A stretch of 64,000 nt of DNA, from NCBI GenBank assembly GCA_050952625.1, contig JBMNLH010000001.1:288001-352000 (forward strand), written 5' to 3'. This DNA is from Bacillota bacterium (lineage in GTDB: Bacteria; Bacillota; Ch66; Ch109). Of the stretch, positions 60,011 through 64,000 are shown one piece after another. The notes under the pieces are model-generated. The model worked only from the letters and a program-made list of their open reading frames with translations, was not told where the DNA came from and made no database searches. Both the position numbers and the translations under genes were made by a program. Position 1 is the first letter of the stretch. Each line of letters starts with the position of its first letter.

Positions 60011-61207
60011 ATGAGTAAACGTGATTATTATGAGGTACTGGGAGTTAACCGGGGAGCCAGCGAGGCAGAATTGAAAAAAGCCTATCGCAAGTTAGCTCTG
60101 CAGTATCACCCGGACCGGAATAAAGATGACCCCAAGGCTGGAGAAAAATTTAAAGAAATAAATGAAGCTTACGAGGTTTTAAGTGACGCCCAAAAAAGGG
60201 CCACCTATGACCAGTTCGGCCATGCTGCTTTTGATCAGACTGGCGGGGCCTCGCCAGGCGGGGGCTTTGGCGGTTTTGGCGGGTTTGGTGATCCTTTTGA
60301 AATTTTTGAAAGCTTCTTTGGCGGTGCTTTTGGGGGCGGCTTTGGGGGCGGTCGGCAACGAAGCGGTCCCCAAGTGGGGGCAGATTTAAGGCTTGACCTG
60401 GAGATAACCCTGGAGGAAGCTTTTGCCGGAGTGGAAAAAGAAGTAGATATTCCTCGGGCCGAGGAGTGTCAGGAATGTCACGGCTCCGGGGCTGCTCCCG
60501 GCACGCAGCGCATTAGGTGTTCAGCCTGCCAGGGAACCGGGCAGATTAAAACAATCCAGAATACAGTCTTGGGACGGTTTCAGTCGGTTCGGGCCTGTTC
60601 CCAATGCGGCGGAGAAGGCACTGTGGTGGAAAAACCTTGTCCAGAGTGTCGGGGGCAGGGGAAAGTACGGCGAGTTCGTAAAATTAAGGTCCGGATTCCG
60701 GCTGGGATTGATAATGACGCTCGCTTAAGGATGAGTGGTGAAGGTGAAGCCGGGGACCGAGGCGGACCGCCGGGTGACCTTTATGTTTTTATTTATGTCA
60801 AGCCTCACCGGTTATTTAAACGCCAGCGGGATGATCTCGGTTCAGAAATTTCGATTAATATGGTCCAGGCAGCTTTAGGGACATCCATCGAGGTCCCGAC
60901 CCTAGATGGCACAGCGGTTCTAAAGATTCCTGAAGGAACTCAGTCCGGCTCGATCTTTCGTTTAAGGGGTAAAGGAATGCCTCGCTTGCGCGGCAATGGC
61001 CGAGGCGACCTGCATGTTCAGGTGGCGGTAAAAACACCGACTCGGCTTACCTCAGAACAAAAAGAGTTATTGCGCCAGTTAGGGAAAACCATGGGCTTGG
61101 AGTCAGCCGAGAATTCAACAGTAGTCTTTTCTGAGGGAACCAGGGAAAAAGAGAGAGATAAAGATAAGGGCTTTTTCGAGAAGGTTAGGGATGCCTTTAT
61201 TGGTTAA
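60011..61207 (+). CDS. dnaJ: Chaperone DnaJ
   Basis: J domain with HPD, G/F-rich region and four CxxCxGxG repeats. Confidence 0.98.
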   Translation: MSKRDYYEVLGVNRGASEAELKKAYRKLALQYHPDRNKDDPKAGEKFKEINEAYEVLSDAQKRATYDQFGHAAFDQTGGASPGGGFGGFGGFGDPFEIFESFFGGAFGGGFGGGRQRSGPQVGADLRLDLEITLEEAFAGVEKEVDIPRAEECQECHGSGAAPGTQRIRCSACQGTGQIKTIQNTVLGRFQSVRACSQCGGEGTVVEKPCPECRGQGKVRRVRKIKVRIPAGIDNDARLRMSGEGEAGDRGGPPGDLYVFIYVKPHRLFKRQRDDLGSEISINMVQAALGTSIEVPTLDGTAVLKIPEGTQSGSIFRLRGKGMPRLRGNGRGDLHVQVAVKTPTRLTSEQKELLRQLGKTMGLESAENSTVVFSEGTREKERDKDKGFFEKVRDAFIG

Positions 61208-61212
61208 ATCAA

Positions 61213-61293
61213 TACTATCCACCCCTGCCCGCTAGGCACAACCACCAATCAAAATAACACAAACAGCAATAGATGTGTTATTTACTTACTAAT
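61213..61293. repeat. Family B repeat (reverse arm) with extension
   Basis: ccacccctgccc...ggcacaaccaccaa...ataacacaaacagcaatagatgtgttat parallels 41883-41980. Confidence 0.65.
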
Positions 61294-61343
61294 CTTATTT
61301 CCTGGGTATAATAGTCCGGAGGCCGTTAAGGAGAGGTGCAGCA

Positions 61344-62330
61344 GTGATCTGGCAGGAAATAAAAATCATGACGACTCACGCGGCGGCGGATGCAGTGGCG
61401 AATTTATTCCATGAAATGGGCTTTGGAGGAGTTGTCATTGAAGATCCTCAGTTGGTTGAACGGTACACCCATTCAGCCGGTTGGGATTGTTACGAATTGT
61501 CACCCGAGGTTCTCCAGGGTGATCATGTTACGGTTAAGGGATATATCCCTCTAACAGATAAGCCGAGTGAGGAGATAAACGAGGAACCCCCTAGACTGAC
61601 AGTGCTGCGGCAGCGTCTGGTGCAACTCTGGGCGATGTTTGAAGGTGAAGATGGCCAGGTTTCTTTGGGTCGGATAGATGAGGATGATTGGGCTCAGGCC
61701 TGGAAGAAATATTATCACCCAGTCAAGATCTCCGATAAGATTGTCATTAAGCCTTCCTGGGAAACCTACCCGGCGGCCCCAGATCAAATCGTTATTGATC
61801 TGGATCCAGGAATGGCTTTTGGCACCGGCACTCACCCGACAACAGTCCATTGTCTGAAAGCTTTAGAACGGAATATTAGGGGCGGAGAGTTAGTCGCTGA
61901 CGTGGGAACTGGTTCAGGGATTTTAGCGATTGCCGCCGCTAAACTAGGGGCAGCTGAGGTGCTGGCCGTTGATCTTGATCAGCTAGCCACCTCAATCGCT
62001 GCGGAAAACATCCGGCTCAATGGAGTAGCGGACCGGGTGCGCGTCTTGACCGGGGACCTGCTGGAACCCTTGGCAGACCGGCAAGGTTTTGATTTAATTG
62101 TCGGTAACCTAGTCGCTCCGATCGTGCGGCGGCTGGGTCCGTCAGCGTGGGAGAAACTAAAGCCGGGCGGGTTGTTTATTGGAGCGGGGATTATTCAGGG
62201 ACGATTGTCGGAAGTGCTGGAGGAATTAACCGGTATTGGATTTGAACTGGTAGAAATCACCGATGAAGGTGAATGGTCAACCGTCGTTGTTTCTCGACCG
62301 GGACCCGGACCGGACACGGAGACACGTTAA
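61344..62330 (+). CDS. prmA: Ribosomal protein L11 methyltransferase
   Basis: DPGMAFGTGTHPTT and DVGTGSGIL motifs. Confidence 0.96.
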   Translation: MIWQEIKIMTTHAAADAVANLFHEMGFGGVVIEDPQLVERYTHSAGWDCYELSPEVLQGDHVTVKGYIPLTDKPSEEINEEPPRLTVLRQRLVQLWAMFEGEDGQVSLGRIDEDDWAQAWKKYYHPVKISDKIVIKPSWETYPAAPDQIVIDLDPGMAFGTGTHPTTVHCLKALERNIRGGELVADVGTGSGILAIAAAKLGAAEVLAVDLDQLATSIAAENIRLNGVADRVRVLTGDLLEPLADRQGFDLIVGNLVAPIVRRLGPSAWEKLKPGGLFIGAGIIQGRLSEVLEELTGIGFELVEITDEGEWSTVVVSRPGPGPDTETR

Positions 62331-62481
62331 CTGTCCCGGTAGGTACGCCTGAGTGACAAGAAGACCCGGTTTATTTTCCAAGTAATATGAATTAGCAAGT
62401 GATATGAATTGGATTGTAAGGCGTGGGACGTGCCTCGTACTCACACCTAACGTCTAACGTTTATCATTGAAGGAGTCCCCA

Positions 62482-63255
62482 ATGAACAGGTTTCATGTCC
62501 CCCCGGAACGGATCCGACACGGAGAGGCGGTTATTGAAGGAGCGGTAGCCCGGCATATCTCTCGGGTGTTGCGTTTTAATCCCGGTGATCAAATCCGGAT
62601 TTTTGACGGGAAAGGCCATGAGTACTTAGCCCGCATTCGGGAGATCAGCGGTCAGCGGATCATCGTTGCCCTGGAAAACGCATTAAATGATTTAACTTCA
62701 AAAAACCGGCCGGCTGGCGAGCCCCCTCTCCAAGTGGTTTTGTGTCAGGGTATACCTAAAGGAGAGAAAATGGAGTTTATTTTCCAGAAAGGAACCGAAT
62801 TGGGAGCGGTTCGATTTATCCCCTTATTGACAGAAAGGACCGTGGTGCGTCTGGAGGCGGCCCGGGCTGATAATCGACGTCTGAGGTGGCAGCGGGTAGC
62901 GACTGAGGCAGCCCGGCAGTGTCAGCGGCAGATGATCCCGCAAGTCGATTCGGTTCAGTCTCTAAGTCAGGCCTTGACCCTGGTGCCTTCCGAGGCGGTG
63001 GGCTTAATCCCTTGGGAGGACGAAACCGCGACGACCTTAAAGGATTTAATCCGGCAGATGCCGGAGGCCCCTCCGCAAGTTTGGGTATTCATTGGCCCGG
63101 AAGGCGGCTTTTCCGCGGCAGAAATAACCCAGGCTAGACAGGCTGGTTTGATCCCGGTATCGTTAGGGCCTCGAATCTTACGCACAGAAACAGCCGGACT
63201 GGCCGTACTGACCATGCTGCTGTATGCCTGGGGAGATTTGGGCGGTGAGGGGTAA
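62482..63255 (+). CDS. rsmE: 16S rRNA m3U1498 methyltransferase
   Basis: HISRVLR, IGPEGGF and SLGPRILRTETA motifs; ATG 62482 after AAGGAG. Confidence 0.96.
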   Translation: MNRFHVPPERIRHGEAVIEGAVARHISRVLRFNPGDQIRIFDGKGHEYLARIREISGQRIIVALENALNDLTSKNRPAGEPPLQVVLCQGIPKGEKMEFIFQKGTELGAVRFIPLLTERTVVRLEAARADNRRLRWQRVATEAARQCQRQMIPQVDSVQSLSQALTLVPSEAVGLIPWEDETATTLKDLIRQMPEAPPQVWVFIGPEGGFSAAEITQARQAGLIPVSLGPRILRTETAGLAVLTMLLYAWGDLGGEG

Positions 63256-63304
63256 GCGGTAAGGCGTGAGGCGTGAAGTGTGAAGTATTAGGAGACATGC
63301 ACAA

Positions 63305-64000
63305 GTGTTTGAAAGAAAAACGGTTGCAGCCCATACCCTGGGTTGTAAGGTCAACCAACATGAAACAGAGACCATTCTGGAACTTTTTCGGCAGCAGGGA
63401 TATCAGGTGGTCGATTTTGCCGGCGAGGCAGATGTCTACTTGATTAACACCTGTACCGTCACTCACCTAGGGGACCGCAAATCCCGCCAAATAATTCGTC
63501 GAGCCACCCGTCAGAACCCACACGCCTTGGTTGTTGTGACTGGCTGCTACGCTCAAAGAGCCCCGGAAGAGATCGCAGAACTGCCCGGGGTCGACTTAAT
63601 TGTCGGTAATCAAGAGCGCGGACAGATTGTCGGGCTAGTAGAAAAGCTGGCTGGCAAGAAAGGTAATATTGAAAAGCACCCAAGCGATCTTGAGGCAAAT
63701 CAACCTTTAGCTCGGACTCCAGTCAAACTGGTTAATAACATGCAGTTGGTCCGATCCTTTGAGGAATTACCATTAGTCATAACAAGAGGCCGAACCCGGG
63801 CCATGGTCAAAGTAGAGGATGGCTGCAACCAGTATTGTTCTTACTGCATTGTTCCTTATACTCGAGGACCGGTCCGGAGCCGGCCAGCAGAACGAGTGGT
63901 GGCGGAGATCGCGCAGTTGGTGGAGGCCGGGTTTCAGGAAATTGTCCTGACCGGGATTCACACCTCCGCCTACGGCTTAGAATGGCGGCAGGGCAAAACA
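63305..64000 (+). CDS. mtaB: tRNA methylthiotransferase MtaB, 3'-truncated by the window edge
   Basis: Read by hand from GTG 63305: TLGCKVNQHE, NTCTVT, VTGCYAQ, GCNQYCSYCIVP; follows rsmE. Confidence 0.93.
   Translation, partial: MFERKTVAAHTLGCKVNQHETETILELFRQQGYQVVDFAGEADVYLINTCTVTHLGDRKSRQIIRRATRQNPHALVVVTGCYAQRAPEEIAELPGVDLIVGNQERGQIVGLVEKLAGKKGNIEKHPSDLEANQPLARTPVKLVNNMQLVRSFEELPLVITRGRTRAMVKVEDGCNQYCSYCIVPYTRGPVRSRPAERVVAEIAQLVEAGFQEIVLTGIHTSAYGLEWRQGKT

Overview
A 64-kb segment of core chromosome from an anaerobic, spore-former-type Firmicute (Clostridia/Peptococcaceae-like; inferred from gene order, spo0B/spoIIP, a T-box and a group III chaperonin). The backbone is the conserved maf-radC-mreBCD-mrdA-minCDE-rodA-M23-radical SAM-rng-rplU-prp-rpmA-spo0B-obgE-proB-nadD-yqeK-rsfS-leuS ... 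comEA-comEC-holA-rpsT-spoIIP-lepA-hemW-hrcA-(cpn60 group III)-grpE-dnaK-dnaJ-prmA-rsmE-mtaB array. Inserted modules are a BusR-like regulator, a Moco/Wco-riboswitch tupABC operon, a BKACE/XRE islet with an SDR remnant, a c-di-GMP-I riboswitch over pilD-pilM-pilN-pilO(LysM), murJ, nikR and opuA. The top observation is a complete tRNA-Ala(GGC) gene nested in the Stem III loop of the leuS Leu T-box riboswitch. Also notable: a ~191-bp element that folds as one rod, occurs head-to-tail and dispersed, and shows a compensatory change; several other small intergenic repeat families; an unannotated 52-aa ORF; and +1 frameshifts in rng and holA that may be sequencing errors. No CRISPR array, integrase, transposase ORF or rRNA was seen. 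All calls come from reading motifs by eye; no database searches were run.
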